A stretch of DNA of 64,000 nucleotides from Sulfolobales archaeon HS-7 (lineage in GTDB: Archaea > Thermoproteota > Thermoprotei_A > Sulfolobales > Sulfolobaceae), in assembly GCA_019704295.1 (NCBI GenBank), contig AP024596.1:672001-736000 (forward strand), given 5' to 3'. The notes below the pieces were generated by a model. That model saw nothing but the letters and a program-made list of their open reading frames with translations, ran no database searches and was not told where the DNA came from. This document shows positions 21,787-33,570 of this stretch, piece after piece. A program made the translations under genes and the position numbers. How positions within the stretch are numbered: position 1 is the first letter of the stretch; each line of letters begins with the position of its first letter.

Positions 21787-24700
21787 TACCCTCCTCTTAT
21801 TTCGGTTATTTCATTATATAGTTGATCAATAACCTTTTGGTAATCGATATTACCCATTTCCACTTCATCCATCTTTCTCTGTAATTCTCTGGTCCTCTCC
21901 TCAGAAACTAACTTACCATAACTTTCATTTAAATACTCGTATACGCTCATTCCTATCTTGGAGGGAAACATTTTTTTCATTTTACTTGTCTCAAATACGT
22001 ATCTCCTCCTTAATAACGTTGCGATTATCGTCGCGTAGGTACTCGGCCTTCCTATCTCCTTTCTCTCCATATCGCTTATTAGCTCCCCCTCGGTATAAAG
22101 ATCTATACTGCTTACTATAAATCCAGAACCTAACGTAACATCATACTCTCCTTCGGTTACTTTTGGGTAAACCCTTCTAAACGGCGAATAGTAATTCAAA
22201 AATCCCTCACCCTCATATCCTATAACGAACTCTGCCTTAGGGTTCCTTAACTTCAATTCAGTTCCTTTAACTAGTGCATTTACTTCAATTACTTGCTTTA
22301 TAACATTTTGAGGTTTCATTTGACTCGCTATAAACCTTCTGAAGATAAGTTCGTATATAAGGAAGTGCTGACGTGACAGTTCCTTTGATTGCACTATAGT
22401 GCCGTCCTGAATCATGACCTGTAATTGCTGGGCATCAAGGGGTCTAGTAGGTCTGATGGCTTCGTGGGCTCCCCCTTCTCCCCAACTTCTAGGTTGAGCT
22501 AACTTCTCAGCCTGCTCCCCATATTTATTTTTAAGGTAGTTCATTGCTACTGAAACACCTTGTTCAGAGATCCTTATGCTATCTGTTCTATGATACGTTA
22601 TAAGGCCAGTCTCAAAAAGGTCTTGGAGAATTCTCATTGCCTGAGTTGAGGATATTGAATAAAAAGAGGAAGAGTCCTGTAATACTGTGCTTGTGTTGTA
22701 CGGCGGCAGGGGATTATATGCTTCCTTAAACTCCCCTAAATTCTTGACATAGAGCTTAATCTTAGTTCCCTTTCTAATTTTACTATCTCTCTCTATAAGA
22801 AAGGTTATCCCATTTGGTAATTTAGCGGGAAGGACTTTCACTTTATCCCTTTCATGCACATTATACCTGTTTATAATCCATCCTAAAACTGGCGTCTGAA
22901 CCCTTCCCGCGCTGAGGTTCCTATTCCCCTCGCAGTTCTCCCCCTTACAATATTTCCTCCAAAAATCCGTCTGAAGTTTCGTGGAAAGCTCAAAACCTAT
23001 CCATCTGTCTTCAACCCTTCTCACTATTTGAGAGCTTACAAGATTGTAATTTATTTTCCTCGCATTACTTATAGCCTGAATAATAGCCTTCCTAGTCACT
23101 TCGTGAAACTCAGCTCTGTAAATTTCTGGGTTAAACGGTCTCAAGGTATTGTAAACGTCCCATGCTATTTTCTCTCCCTCAGTATCTGGATCAGTACCAA
23201 TCAATATCCTATCACATTTTATAGCAATATTCCTTAATGCGTCAACCACATTTTCCTTATCTGAAACAATCATCCCTTGACACGCTGGACATCTTTCTTT
23301 CCCCGTAACTACCTGATGACCATTTTCACATCTCTTTATCGTATCGTAAACTGGTATATATTCTGATGCAGATTTCCTTATAACTCCGTATTCACCCATC
23401 TTGTCAGTGGTTAAATCGTATATGTGACCAGCAGTATAAGTGATGAGCATTATCTCATTATTCATAACCGTTTCGTAAATCTGTAAACCCATTTCATTCC
23501 TTTGGCTCGGCTTAGAGAAGAAATTAGCTATAGTCTTGGCCTTGCTTGGGGATTCAACCACAAAGAGCGTTGTCCTCACTGGTATAGACAATGCTACCTT
23601 ATTTTGCTTATATTCTGTAATGATTTTCCTCTCGGCGTTAATATTAGTACTAATTTCATCCAAATTCAGCTCATCTATCTCTTTCCACGTAACTGAATCT
23701 AGCATTATGTTTAGTTTATTATTTAATGCCTGAAACAGACTTTCGTTATCGACGTATAGGAAAGATATTCCCGTAGTAAGTCCTCCCGCAAAAAGTCTTG
23801 ACGTTCTTCCAGACGCTTGAATATAGGTAAGGTGATCTGGAATGAGCATGGTGTTATCCTCTAATACTATATCTGATATTTCGGTCAATTTGGAAAGAAC
23901 TGGCTTGTTCTTAACGTACTCCTGTACTAACTCATACGCCTTTTCTATTGTCCTATCAGCGATCACTCCACCCTTAATCTGAGAGTACAACATCGATACG
24001 GCAGCTGGAGACATCCTATTCAATTTGTTTCTCAGGTACGAACTTATTATACTAACCTCTCTATCTCGCGTAATAATCGAGAGTAATCCCAATATTCGTG
24101 ACAGAGCTATTGGATGCATCTTTTCGCCTAGCTTGAACTTAAACCTTGGAATTCCAGTAAAGAAGGCGTATTTTATCCTCCATGGTATATCCAACCCCCT
24201 TACAAGTATTCCGTAATGAGTTGCTGTTCCTACTAGTAGGTCGACCTCACCCTCTTCGAAAGCTTTGATTGACTTCAGGGCCTTAGATGAGGTTATCGGT
24301 AGCGACTTCACGCCTAACTCATTCAACTCAAGGGAAAGTTCATTTGCGTATTCGATACCAAGATCTATTGGAACGAATATAAGTCCTCCCCCTCTCATCG
24401 CTTCATTTATATCCCGAATAGTTTCAGGAATTTGTTTAGCTCTAACAGTTACATCAAATATATTCCTCGTATATATAACCGAGGAACCTGGCCTAAAACC
24501 CATTAGTGTTGTAAAGAGCGGATTTGATCTTGTTAATGATGCCGAGGAGAACACTATTATCCTTTTATTCTTTTTTTCTCTTATTTTTCCTATTTCGTCA
24601 TAGGCTTTATTTCCCTTTATTCTAAGCGCATTCCTTACGGCTGTAACGTCTTCTTCTGAGAATCCAGCGAGTTTAAGTAAACCCAAAGCGCTCCTCCCAG

Positions 24701-25331
24701 ACTTCATAGCTGCGTCAACATCATCTACGAATACGAAATCTGGATCTCCTCTAATAATCGAATCTATATGATTTAAAACGAACTTAGACGTTAATAGAGA
24801 TATGTCGTAATCTTTTCTAACTAGTTTCTCGATATCTTTATCCTTAACGTAAATTCTAGGGTTAATATTAAGGCTATTACTTATATTACCAATTTTCACC
24901 TGGGCTTGCCTAACAAGGGCTTTTGACGGAAAAATCAATAGGCTTCTCTTACCTATAGTGAAAAGATAGACAGCAGAAAGCAATCCAAATGTGGTTTTCC
25001 CTAGACCTGGGGGAGATATTAAGGCGAAGCTCTCCCCCCTTAGCAAATCTAAAAACCAGGCTCTTTGAGGAGTAGACGGTTCCACACTCAAGGATTTCTT
25101 AAAGTATTGCCTTAGACGCTCGTATTCTTGCAAAATTTTCCAATCTTTCTCTAGATTTTTGAGTTTTCTGTGGGAATTCAAATATGAAAGAAGATCAATA
25201 TATGAAGTGAAATTGATCTCCTCACTAACGCATAAATCGCATAACGAACCCTTTTCTAACCTTCTAGTATCAATGGTACCTCCACAATTAGGACAGCCGT
25301 TGAGATAATATACCTCAGGCACATCTCTCAT
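21786..25331 (-). CDS. rgy: Reverse gyrase (TopR2-like)
   Basis: N-terminal CPNCG Zn finger, PPGLGKT, DDVD, QASGRTSR, VVESPSKA, DPDTEGE, SAGRVQ, LITYHRTD. Confidence 0.97.
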   Translation of the reverse strand: MRDVPEVYYLNGCPNCGGTIDTRRLEKGSLCDLCVSEEINFTSYIDLLSYLNSHRKLKNLEKDWKILQEYERLRQYFKKSLSVEPSTPQRAWFLDLLRGESFALISPPGLGKTTFGLLSAVYLFTIGKRSLLIFPSKALVRQAQVKIGNISNSLNINPRIYVKDKDIEKLVRKDYDISLLTSKFVLNHIDSIIRGDPDFVFVDDVDAAMKSGRSALGLLKLAGFSEEDVTAVRNALRIKGNKAYDEIGKIREKKNKRIIVFSSASLTRSNPLFTTLMGFRPGSSVIYTRNIFDVTVRAKQIPETIRDINEAMRGGGLIFVPIDLGIEYANELSLELNELGVKSLPITSSKALKSIKAFEEGEVDLLVGTATHYGILVRGLDIPWRIKYAFFTGIPRFKFKLGEKMHPIALSRILGLLSIITRDREVSIISSYLRNKLNRMSPAAVSMLYSQIKGGVIADRTIEKAYELVQEYVKNKPVLSKLTEISDIVLEDNTMLIPDHLTYIQASGRTSRLFAGGLTTGISFLYVDNESLFQALNNKLNIMLDSVTWKEIDELNLDEISTNINAERKIITEYKQNKVALSIPVRTTLFVVESPSKAKTIANFFSKPSQRNEMGLQIYETVMNNEIMLITYTAGHIYDLTTDKMGEYGVIRKSASEYIPVYDTIKRCENGHQVVTGKERCPACQGMIVSDKENVVDALRNIAIKCDRILIGTDPDTEGEKIAWDVYNTLRPFNPEIYRAEFHEVTRKAIIQAISNARKINYNLVSSQIVRRVEDRWIGFELSTKLQTDFWRKYCKGENCEGNRNLSAGRVQTPVLGWIINRYNVHERDKVKVLPAKLPNGITFLIERDSKIRKGTKIKLYVKNLGEFKEAYNPLPPYNTSTVLQDSSSFYSISSTQAMRILQDLFETGLITYHRTDSIRISEQGVSVAMNYLKNKYGEQAEKLAQPRSWGEGGAHEAIRPTRPLDAQQLQVMIQDGTIVQSKELSRQHFLIYELIFRRFIASQMKPQNVIKQVIEVNALVKGTELKLRNPKAEFVIGYEGEGFLNYYSPFRRVYPKVTEGEYDVTLGSGFIVSSIDLYTEGELISDMERKEIGRPSTYATIIATLLRRRYVFETSKMKKMFPSKIGMSVYEYLNESYGKLVSEERTRELQRKMDEVEMGNIDYQKVIDQLYNEITEIRGG

Positions 25332-25388
25332 TTAGTGATACAACAGCAGTTATATAAATAGTTAAGTTAAGACTACGCTAGAGTACGT

Positions 25389-27590
25389 ATGAGCGAACGC
25401 GGCATAACTCTGAAAGTAGTAGAGGCTAAACCAAATGACGTAGGTAGGAAGTTAGCCAGACTTAGTGAGGGCCTCATGAGGAAACTTGGGCTAGATAATG
25501 GGGATTACGTAGAGATAAGGGGACCTAAGGGGATTACGATTCTGCAGGTAAAAGAGGGGGGGGATTTATCGTCTAAGGAAATTAGAATTGATGGGTACTC
25601 TAGGAGTACCGTTGGCGTTTCCGTAGGGGATGAGGTGGAAGTAAAGAAAGTTGATGTACAGCCAGCTAATAAGGTCATACTGGCTCCTATACAAGCGATA
25701 AGGTTCGATCAAAGTTTCGTAGAATACGTGAAGGAATACCTTCAGGACAAACCTTTAGTTAGAGGCGAGACCGTAGCAATCCCTGTATATACCGAATTTC
25801 TCGACTTAGTAGTAGTAAACACTACACCATCCAACGCTGTAAAGATAACCGATAGGACAGAACTTGAGATTAGGGAGGAACCAGTTAAGGAGAAACCAGA
25901 GACCTATACCAAAGTCTCATGGGAGGATGTCGGAGACCTGGAGGAAGTCAAGGAAAAATTAAGGGAGATCGTCGAACTTCCTATGAAACATCCTGAAATA
26001 TTCTCTAGGTTAGGAATAGAACCTCCCAAGGGGGTTCTCCTGTACGGTCCTCCTGGCGTAGGAAAAACCCTATTAGCTAGGGCACTAGCGTCGGAAATAG
26101 GAGCTTACTTTACATCTATAAATGGGCCAGAAATAATGAGTAAGTTTTACGGAGAAAGCGAACAGAGATTGAGGGAGATATTTAAGGAAGCTGAGGATAA
26201 CTCGCCAGCAGTAATATTTATTGATGAGATAGATGCGATAGCCCCGAAAAGGGAGGAGGTAACAGGTGAGGTAGAGAAAAGAGTGGTAGCGCAACTCCTT
26301 ACTTTAATGGATGGAATAAAGGGGAGAGGAAAAATAGTAGTAATTGGAGCAACTAATAGACCAGACGCTGTAGATCCTGCCCTTAGAAGACCGGGGAGGT
26401 TCGATAGGGAGATAGAGATCAGGCCTCCAGATGTAAGAGCTAGGAAGGAAATACTATCTGTACATACTAGGAACATGCCATTAGCAAAAGATGTCAATCT
26501 GGATACCCTCGCAGAAATGACTTACGGGTATACAGGTGCAGATATAGCGGCCCTAGCTAAGGAAGCTGCGCTTACGGCTTTAAGGAGATTTATTTCGGAG
26601 AAAAAGATAAATTTGGAACAAGGACAGATACCGGCAGAGGTCCTAAAGGACCTTGAAGTAACAAATGACGACTTCATCAATGCAATGAAAGTTGTCAGAC
26701 CAACTCTGCTCAGAGAGGTCTATGTTGAGGTACCTAACGTGAGATGGGACAGTATAGGAGGACTAAATGATGTAAAACAGCAGTTAAGGGAGGCAATAGA
26801 ATGGCCTCTAAAGTATCCCAAGGTGTTTGAAAACTCCGGAATAACTCCTCCGAAAGGAATTCTCTTATTCGGACCTCCAGGTACGGGTAAGACCCTTTTA
26901 GCAAAGGCCGTGGCTACAGAGGCCGCAGCTAACTTCATTGCTATAAGGGGTCCAGAAATAATGTCAAAATGGGTTGGAGAGAGCGAAAAAGCTGTAAGAC
27001 AAGTATTTGAAAGGGCAAGACAAGCTAGTCCTGCGATAGTGTTCTTCGATGAGATAGATTCCATAGCAGCTACTAGAGGATATGATACCTCTTCAGGAGT
27101 TACGGAAAGAATAGTTAATCAGTTACTATCAGAAATGGACGGTATAGTACCCCTCAATAAAGTGGTTGTAATAGCTGCTACAAACAGACCCGATATAATA
27201 GATCCCGCCCTTTTAAGACCTGGGAGATTTGATAGGTTAGTGTACGTTCCTCCCCCTGATAGATCTGCTAGATTAGAGATACTGAAAGTTCATACGAGAA
27301 AAGTCCCGCTAGATAATTCAGTTAACTTAGAAACTATTGCAGAAAAGACAGAAGGTTACACTGGCGCTGATTTAGAGGCTCTTGTAAGAGAAGCGGTAAT
27401 GACGGCATTAAGGGAGTACGACCCAGCGAAAATAAACGAGAAGATTGGCGACGGGAAAGAAGCATTTCCATTAAGGGTTAAGATGGAACATTTCGAAAAA
27501 GCGATGAAAATTGTGCTTCCAAGTTTAACTAAAGCCGATATAGAGAGATACGAGAAAATGGCAAGAGAACTAAAGCGGGCTATTGCATAA
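25389..27590 (+). CDS. cdc48: Cdc48/VAT-type AAA+ ATPase
   Basis: N domain plus two AAA modules ([27 protein letters not shown]). Confidence 0.97.
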   Translation: MSERGITLKVVEAKPNDVGRKLARLSEGLMRKLGLDNGDYVEIRGPKGITILQVKEGGDLSSKEIRIDGYSRSTVGVSVGDEVEVKKVDVQPANKVILAPIQAIRFDQSFVEYVKEYLQDKPLVRGETVAIPVYTEFLDLVVVNTTPSNAVKITDRTELEIREEPVKEKPETYTKVSWEDVGDLEEVKEKLREIVELPMKHPEIFSRLGIEPPKGVLLYGPPGVGKTLLARALASEIGAYFTSINGPEIMSKFYGESEQRLREIFKEAEDNSPAVIFIDEIDAIAPKREEVTGEVEKRVVAQLLTLMDGIKGRGKIVVIGATNRPDAVDPALRRPGRFDREIEIRPPDVRARKEILSVHTRNMPLAKDVNLDTLAEMTYGYTGADIAALAKEAALTALRRFISEKKINLEQGQIPAEVLKDLEVTNDDFINAMKVVRPTLLREVYVEVPNVRWDSIGGLNDVKQQLREAIEWPLKYPKVFENSGITPPKGILLFGPPGTGKTLLAKAVATEAAANFIAIRGPEIMSKWVGESEKAVRQVFERARQASPAIVFFDEIDSIAATRGYDTSSGVTERIVNQLLSEMDGIVPLNKVVVIAATNRPDIIDPALLRPGRFDRLVYVPPPDRSARLEILKVHTRKVPLDNSVNLETIAEKTEGYTGADLEALVREAVMTALREYDPAKINEKIGDGKEAFPLRVKMEHFEKAMKIVLPSLTKADIERYEKMARELKRAIA

Positions 27591-27719
27591 ATCAGTGAGT
27601 GTTTTCAATTAAGCTATTTTGGAATATTTTTAAGATCAGCATTTTTTAACTTTCAGAAGTCTCCATAGTAATTGGTATAGAGTAATTGAAGCTTTCCAAT
27701 CAAAATTGTGGATTAAGTA

Positions 27720-27930
27720 ACGAAAAGCCTGATGAAGGGATGGATAGCTCCTTTATATTTAAACGCGAGTTCAAGAACTATCTCTTGATAACAGGCACCT
27801 CCAAGTGAACATTACCGGGACGCCTGAACGAGAGTTAATGTGGTACGCTTCAGCTCTAATTAACGGCCCCTAAATCATGAGTTAATTTACTTCATGATAC
27901 GTTAGAATCCCATAATGATAACTTATGTGC
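27720..27930 (+). mobile_element. Diverged, right-end-truncated copy of MITE family A
   Basis: GGATAGCTCCTTT…GGGACGCCTGAACGAGAGTTAATGTGGTACGCTTCAGCTCTAATTA aligns by eye with 36031-36153. Confidence 0.7.
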
Positions 27931-27934
27931 AAAG

Positions 27935-28240
27935 CCTTATATGTGGCCCTTCTTAAACATTTTAACAATGACTGTTACCACTAGAATCACTTCCTTCCCT
28001 AGAGGGAAGTACTACTTCTCTAATGTTCCATTAATTCTCCCAATTGACTCAGCCTTAAGACTTTTATTTGGCGGGAAGCTGGAAGAGTTAAGTTCCTTCC
28101 TCCTTGAAAGTTCGTCATCTAATTCATTGAAAAAGGGGAAGTACCATCCTTTAAGTTCGCCTAATTTCATAATCAGACGAGAATGGAATGCTGTTATGTT
28201 CCTATTTGAGGCTATAATACTAAGAAATTTCTACAAACAG
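27935..28240 (-). mobile_element. Decayed IS remnant sharing an end motif with the 63332 element
   Basis: TATGTGGCCCTTCTTAAAC (~27940) matches TATGTGGCCTTTCTTGAAC (~63347); the rest is weakly supported. Confidence 0.35.
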
Positions 28241-28488
28241 ACTATTTATTACCGCCTTAAAAAGGGTAGACTTTTTCGCTCGTCAAACTCTGTAGGCCTG
28301 ATAAAGGCCTCCAAGAATTTTTCAGAAAAGTATATACTTACCTTACCTGCTGAATATAAGAGTAATAAGAGAGTAAAAGCTAAAATGCTATGTAAGTATA
28401 TAAAGCTAAGAACTGGCAACATAGGGCGTAAAGCGGCTAACATTATAGCTTCTTTGGGGGGAGGTTACTCGAGGATAGGTAATGGGTC

Positions 28489-28845
28489 TTGATAATATCA
28501 GTAAATAAAGGACAGGAAATAATTCAAGCAATAAAAAAGGCTGTCTATGATTATAATAGTAAAATTAGGGGAAGTGGTTACTACTTAAAACCGATTCACA
28601 TGGTATATAAAAAAGGCAAAGTGTATATATACATAGGCAGGTACTGGTATAGAATAACTAAGAAAAACAGAGTATTAAAATGGACTTACTTAGGTAAGAG
28701 TAAACCCATAATAGAACTTCCTGAACCTCCGTCAATTCCAGAAGGTGTAATTATTAAGGAAGGAGATAACTACCTATTAGACGAAAGTATTCTAAACAGT
28801 GAATTATTAAGTTCTTTTCTTCATAACGCATCTAGGAAGAAATAA
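28489..28845 (+). CDS. Conserved crenarchaeal hypothetical basic protein
   Basis: YYLKPIHMV…YIYIGRYWY…KWTYLGKSKP; TTG start. Confidence 0.75.
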   Translation: MIISVNKGQEIIQAIKKAVYDYNSKIRGSGYYLKPIHMVYKKGKVYIYIGRYWYRITKKNRVLKWTYLGKSKPIIELPEPPSIPEGVIIKEGDNYLLDESILNSELLSSFLHNASRKK

Positions 28846-29016
28846 CATAAAAACCGAACTGCTTACTGACGAACACCCGAACTGCGTTATTAGTAGATTT
28901 AAAATATTACCTTCACGAAACTATATGATTAGTTAGTGTTTGTAGATCAATTCATAACTTAATATATTACTCGGGACCCTTCTCATGAAGTCCAGGATGT
29001 AGAGACGAACTTCTTT

Positions 29017-29192
29017 CTCGTTAGACCGTCTAACGCCTAATCAACGTGAATAACCAAAATAAAGTAAAAGTTATAAAATACGTCCAGATAGGATTAAAAT
29101 TCGGTTAATTATGTGGTAAATAACAATATAAAATCAGTTTATCAAGTGGGGTAACGGGTGCTCGCACGTTTTTTGAGAATAGGGCAATTAAT
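29017..29192 (+). repeat. Dispersed AT-rich repeat family B, copy 1
   Basis: CTCGT…CGTCTAA…AAAGTAAAAGTTATAAAATA…GGATTAAAATTCGGTTAATTAT…TAACAATATAAAATCAGTTTAT; similar to 43343 and 51219. Confidence 0.75.
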
Positions 29193-29602
29193 CTATTCAT
29201 TGTAAGTTAGAATATTCCAGGTAAATTAGTATAATTCTCTATATAGAATCCGAATACATATTGTAGCTATCCAAGGTTCCTTTGCGAATTCAATTTATTT
29301 GAAGGAATATAAAAATTTTATTGAATATAATTGAATCTACAAGGTAGGAATTCACGCTCAGCAGTTTATTCTTATCTATCTTATTCGCGAATAATAATTC
29401 GCAAAAGAACCTGAATCTCCCTCATTTAGTTGTTCGTGACAGTTACGTATTGGACACTGCCTTATGGATTGAAACTGCTGCAAGACAATCTTAGCTAACG
29501 GTATATTTAAAGTTCAATCGAAATATTTGTACTTAATGCCTCGCATTTCAATGAAGAGGAGAGAAACAGCGTTCATAAATAATTGTAAGGAGAGTATTCG
29601 GT

Positions 29603-30844
29603 GTGAAACATAAAATTCTATTCGTTATAGCAGACGGATTAGGAGATAGACGAGTACGCAAACTTTCAGATAAGACGCCACTTCAGGCCGCAACTAAGGA
29701 TAACATAAGAGAACTTTATAGAAGTTCAATGATTGGTCTAATGGACCCAATATCTCCAGGCATAGTCCCTGGAAGTGATACGTCACATCTATCAATTTTT
29801 GGAGTGGATCCTAAAATATATTATAGAGGGAGGGGAGCTTTTGAAGCAATAGGAGCTGGAGCTGAATTAAAGCACGGTGATGTGGCGTTTAGAGGAAATT
29901 TTTCCACCGTAAATCAAGATTTCGTGATAGTTGATAGGAGAGCTGGTAGGAACATTAAAGAGGCAGAACTTTTAGTTAAAGAATTAAATGAAAAAATAGA
30001 ACCTATAGATGGAATTAACGTTAAGTTTTTCCATGGAACTGAACATAGGGTTGCAGTAATTCTTTCAGGTCAAGGCATTTCCGACAAGGTTTCAGATACG
30101 GATCCCGAAGAAGCAGGACAACGGGTACTCGCTTCAAAACCCCTTGATGGAAGCAAAGAAGCTGAAAAAACTAGCAAAATAGTAAACGAACTAACTAAGA
30201 GAGTTTACGATATATTATCAACCTCCAAATATAACATCGAAAGGGAAGCTCGGGGAGAACTTCCTGCTAATGCAATCCTTTTACGGGGCGCCGCGACATA
30301 TCAAGAACTACCTAAATTTGAATCGATTACTGGACTCAAAACTATTGCAGTAGCTGCCACCGCCCTGATTAAAGGTGTGGCGAAGAGTTTAGGTATGGAC
30401 GTTTATACCCCCCCAGGTGCAACAGGAGGTGTCGATAGTGATCTTTTGGCGAAAGCAGATGCTGCAGTGAAGTTCATAAAACAAGACTACGATATGGTTT
30501 TCCTTCATGTTAAGGGAACAGATGCAGCATCTCATGATGGAAACCCAGAAAATAAGGTATTAGTAATAGAGAAAATAGATAAAATGATAGGAAGGATACT
30601 AGACTCAATAGGTTCTGAAATGATAATTGGGATCACAGGCGATCATTGTACACCGGTGGAACTAAAGGAACATTCTGGCGATCCAGTACCTTTCCTATTG
30701 CATGTGCCTGAAAGTATAATAACTGATGAGATTTCTGATTTCAATGAGATAACCGCTCGTAAAGGCAGCGTAAGAATAAGAGGATTAGACGTAGCCAATA
30801 TACTCCTTAACTACTCGAATCGCGCTAAAAAATACGGTGCCTAG
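29603..30844 (+). CDS. apgM: 2,3-bisphosphoglycerate-independent phosphoglycerate mutase
   Basis: [42 protein letters not shown]. Confidence 0.96.
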   Translation: MKHKILFVIADGLGDRRVRKLSDKTPLQAATKDNIRELYRSSMIGLMDPISPGIVPGSDTSHLSIFGVDPKIYYRGRGAFEAIGAGAELKHGDVAFRGNFSTVNQDFVIVDRRAGRNIKEAELLVKELNEKIEPIDGINVKFFHGTEHRVAVILSGQGISDKVSDTDPEEAGQRVLASKPLDGSKEAEKTSKIVNELTKRVYDILSTSKYNIEREARGELPANAILLRGAATYQELPKFESITGLKTIAVAATALIKGVAKSLGMDVYTPPGATGGVDSDLLAKADAAVKFIKQDYDMVFLHVKGTDAASHDGNPENKVLVIEKIDKMIGRILDSIGSEMIIGITGDHCTPVELKEHSGDPVPFLLHVPESIITDEISDFNEITARKGSVRIRGLDVANILLNYSNRAKKYGA

Positions 30845-31749
30845 GCCGGTACATAGATGGGGTTGTCGTCTGTGGATATTCTGTTCTCATTTTCAAGGTA
30901 CTTTCGTATATATTTGGGAATACTAAACATAGAATAATGTGTAGTACCGTCATAGTACTGAAGTCCGTTAATTCCCTTCTCTTCAAGTAGTCTATCTACG
31001 CGTTCTTGTGACATAGGAGATATGCTATTAGGAGAATAGAAGGCAAAGCCCCACAGACCGTCAAATGCTGGCACGAAGCTCACTCCCACCTCACTTTTTC
31101 CAAATACATGCCTTATAGTGTTACTAATTACAGAGAACGAGTCTATCGAGAATGAGGGAGAAGTTGCCTGAGTAGAGATACCCCCATTGTGAGAAAGCGA
31201 GTCCTTGACCAACTCATAAAAAGTAGATGTATAAAGCTTATATGATGGCGAGTCCTTCATGGGATCCGTTAAATCAAGAATTATTACGTCGAATTCATCC
31301 TTATTTTTTCTAAGATATTCTATACCATCCTCTATGACCAGCTTAGTTCTCTTATCCTCGAACGCCCCTTTATGCCATTGCGCCATATATTTCTTAGCGA
31401 ACTCTATTACAACGTCATCAATATCAACCATAACTACTTCTTTAAAGGAATTATATCTTAATACTTCCCTTAAAGTGGCTCCTTCTCCCCCTCCGATAAT
31501 GAGAGCTCTCTCTGGATCCCTAAGCGAGAGCATTAACGGGTGAACTAAGCTTTCATGGTAAATGAATTCATCGCTTACAGTTGATTGTATCTTCCCGTCA
31601 ATTATAAGTGATTTTCCGAAACGAGTTAGCTCAACCAGCTTTACCTCTTGGTATTTGCTTTTTTGTTCCTGATAAACCCTCTCTATTTCATGAGCGTGAA
31701 ATTCACTAGGCGTTTGCCATTCAATAAACCAGTGCCACCTATATATCAT
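30841..31749 (-). CDS. speE: Polyamine aminopropyltransferase (spermidine synthase)
   Basis: [33 protein letters not shown]. Confidence 0.96.
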   Translation of the reverse strand: MIYRWHWFIEWQTPSEFHAHEIERVYQEQKSKYQEVKLVELTRFGKSLIIDGKIQSTVSDEFIYHESLVHPLMLSLRDPERALIIGGGEGATLREVLRYNSFKEVVMVDIDDVVIEFAKKYMAQWHKGAFEDKRTKLVIEDGIEYLRKNKDEFDVIILDLTDPMKDSPSYKLYTSTFYELVKDSLSHNGGISTQATSPSFSIDSFSVISNTIRHVFGKSEVGVSFVPAFDGLWGFAFYSPNSISPMSQERVDRLLEEKGINGLQYYDGTTHYSMFSIPKYIRKYLENENRISTDDNPIYVPA

Positions 31750-31931
31750 TAGCGTACCCTTTTACCATTTACCTTCTTATTAGCCCATCGATATCTCCTT
31801 ATTCTTCTAGACCTTCCGTATCCGCATGCTGCGCAATACCTCCCTGAAATATTAAAAGAGTTCCTTCCGCACCTTCTACACCTCATATGAGTTTTCTTAT
31901 TCATCTTACCAAATGACGGTGTACCTTTCAT
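31749..31931 (-). CDS. rpl37e: 50S ribosomal protein L37e
   Basis: KGTPSFGK…CRRCG…CAACGYG. Confidence 0.97.
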   Translation of the reverse strand: MKGTPSFGKMNKKTHMRCRRCGRNSFNISGRYCAACGYGRSRRIRRYRWANKKVNGKRVR

Positions 31932-31942
31932 TTATACCCCTC

Positions 31943-32164
31943 TTACATCGGCGATATAAATATTACGTTATCTCCCCTTATCACGATAGTTCCGATTTTC
32001 TTACCGTTTCCATCGCTCTCTATCTCTTCTGAATCCTCTAGTACTAAATTCAGATGCTGATCAAAGCTCTTTAATTTCCCTCTAACCTCTTTATTCCCTT
32101 TAAGTCTCACTAAAATCTCGTTTCCTACAGCCTCTCCCAACAACTTATGTGTAGTCTCAGCCAA
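31943..32164 (-). CDS. Sm-like archaeal protein SmAP1 (Lsm)
   Basis: FDQHLNLVL and IRGDN Sm motifs; adjacent to rpl37e. Confidence 0.96.
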   Translation of the reverse strand: MAETTHKLLGEAVGNEILVRLKGNKEVRGKLKSFDQHLNLVLEDSEEIESDGNGKKIGTIVIRGDNVIFISPM

Positions 32165-32216
32165 AACGATCCCTATATTAACATTCCCCTTACTTATATA
32201 AGTATGTCGGATAGGA

Positions 32217-32324
32217 TCCCGTCGCGGGGATCTTCGGGTGGAGTAGTCAACCTTTCGAACCCCGGACCACCCGGTTACCGCCCTCCATCTACAGCCGGGC
32301 GCTCTACCGCTGAGCTACGACGGG
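32217..32324 (-). tRNA. tRNA-Tyr(GTA) with two introns (37/38, 13 nt, 32276-32288; 59/60, 23 nt, 32231-32253)
   Basis: CCCGTCG TA GCTC AGCGGTA GAGC G CCCGG CTGTAG[ATGGAGGGCGGTA]A CCGGG TGGTC CGGGG TTCGAA[AGGTTGACTACTCCACCCGAAGA]T CCCCG CGACGGG A; C1-G72 pair; CCA not encoded. Confidence 0.95.
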
Positions 32325-32423
32325 ATCCTATCCAATACTTGAATCTAGCCACTATTAAAATTTTTTCAGTTATGAGGTCATTCGAGAAAAGACTCATAAA
32401 AATTCAGAATTAAGAGGATCGAA

Positions 32424-32692
32424 GTCGTTGCCAACAGTTTCAGATAAACAGCGAAGTTTATATATTTTATACTAAAAATATATTTTATAAATTTTGTCAC
32501 TAGATGTGGACGACCTTTCCCGAAAGGTGACAGGGCGCAAGATACGCGGGTTTCCCCACATCCATAAGCGGGAGTGAGATATCCGCTGAAGGGATGAAGA
32601 AGGATGAAATCGACAATACCTCTTGACTTTGGTGAAGTCCAAGGGCTTAGGCTTGATATAGAATATGAAATCCTATGAAGCCAAAACCCCGG
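32424..32692 (+). mobile_element. IS607-type mini-element (left end fused to tnpB 3' tail), family C copy 1
   Basis: Homologous to the reverse complement of 63392-63663; degenerate reading GFPH…PLKG…DFGEVQGLRLDIEYEIL* resembles Sulfolobales TnpB C-termini. Confidence 0.75.
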
Positions 32693-33075
32693 TGATGATG
32701 AGGTGATTTCTTATATTTGAACATGATACAGATAAGATATTAATCGTAGCTACATATGAAGTAAGAGTAAGCATACTAGTGAGAGAAATAGTACTTAAGA
32801 GAGTTAGGAAATTCTAGTTATGGTATCTTAACACCTAATCTATTTATTAGATTAATTGCGAGGGGAAAAGAGTCGAGCAGACGAAAATGGATGGTGTCAT
32901 GTGTGTAATAGCAAAAAGGAAAATGTCAGTGTCGTTTACTTATTATTCCCCGGGAGAGGTTAAGAACTGCAACGAATTAAACGTAAAGGACAAAAAAAGT
33001 AAGAGAAAATAGGTAGACTTCTAGACCAATAGTCCGCATAAGTTTACGATAGTACGTGTTACTCAGACAGGACAA

Positions 33076-33230
33076 CTGACCTCTTCTAAGGCGTGAGGAA
33101 TCTTTATGGTAACATCTGAAGTCCACTAGAGATATCTTGCAGGAAACATCAAGTCCTTCCCGATAAGAGTTCCACTAAGTGGATCTCCCACTTCTAAGCC
33201 TCATTAACTACATTAAGTTACTTACACGTC
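33076..33230 (-). mobile_element. Possible IS200/IS605 right-end remnant
   Basis: Minus strand ends …CCTCACGCCTTAGAAGAGGTCAG, resembling tnpB-element right ends; heavily decayed. Confidence 0.35.
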
Positions 33231-33570
33231 CCATAACAAGGGAAAAGTTAAAACACTTCCCAAATTCGTCAAGAAAACTTGCGAGTAATGTAGAAACCGT
33301 TAGATATCGATTTACAGTTATTACCTATGCGTATACGGTTTCACTAGAGTGTGATTTTGAATCGGCTATCACAAGGATAATAGATCGGTTATATTTGATC
33401 GAACTCTCGCTATCGCATAAGTGTTGCCATAAGAATCAGGAAATCGTAAGGTTAGAACACCCAGTTAGTGATTCCAGGATTGTTCAATAATTCCGTAAAG
33501 TTCCGATTCGTTGGGAGTACGTAAAATATTAGCAACAATCTTCTATAATATCATGTAAAAGAAGAAGTAG

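Noticed and set aside
27941-28492. 183-aa (+) and 64-aa (-) ORFs
   Set aside because: No recognisable motifs; the longer one overlaps a probable IS remnant.
32147-32413. 88-aa ORF
   Set aside because: Antisense to tRNA-Tyr.
32692-32760. ATGATGA as a possible C box
   Set aside because: No D box (CTGA) at a suitable distance.
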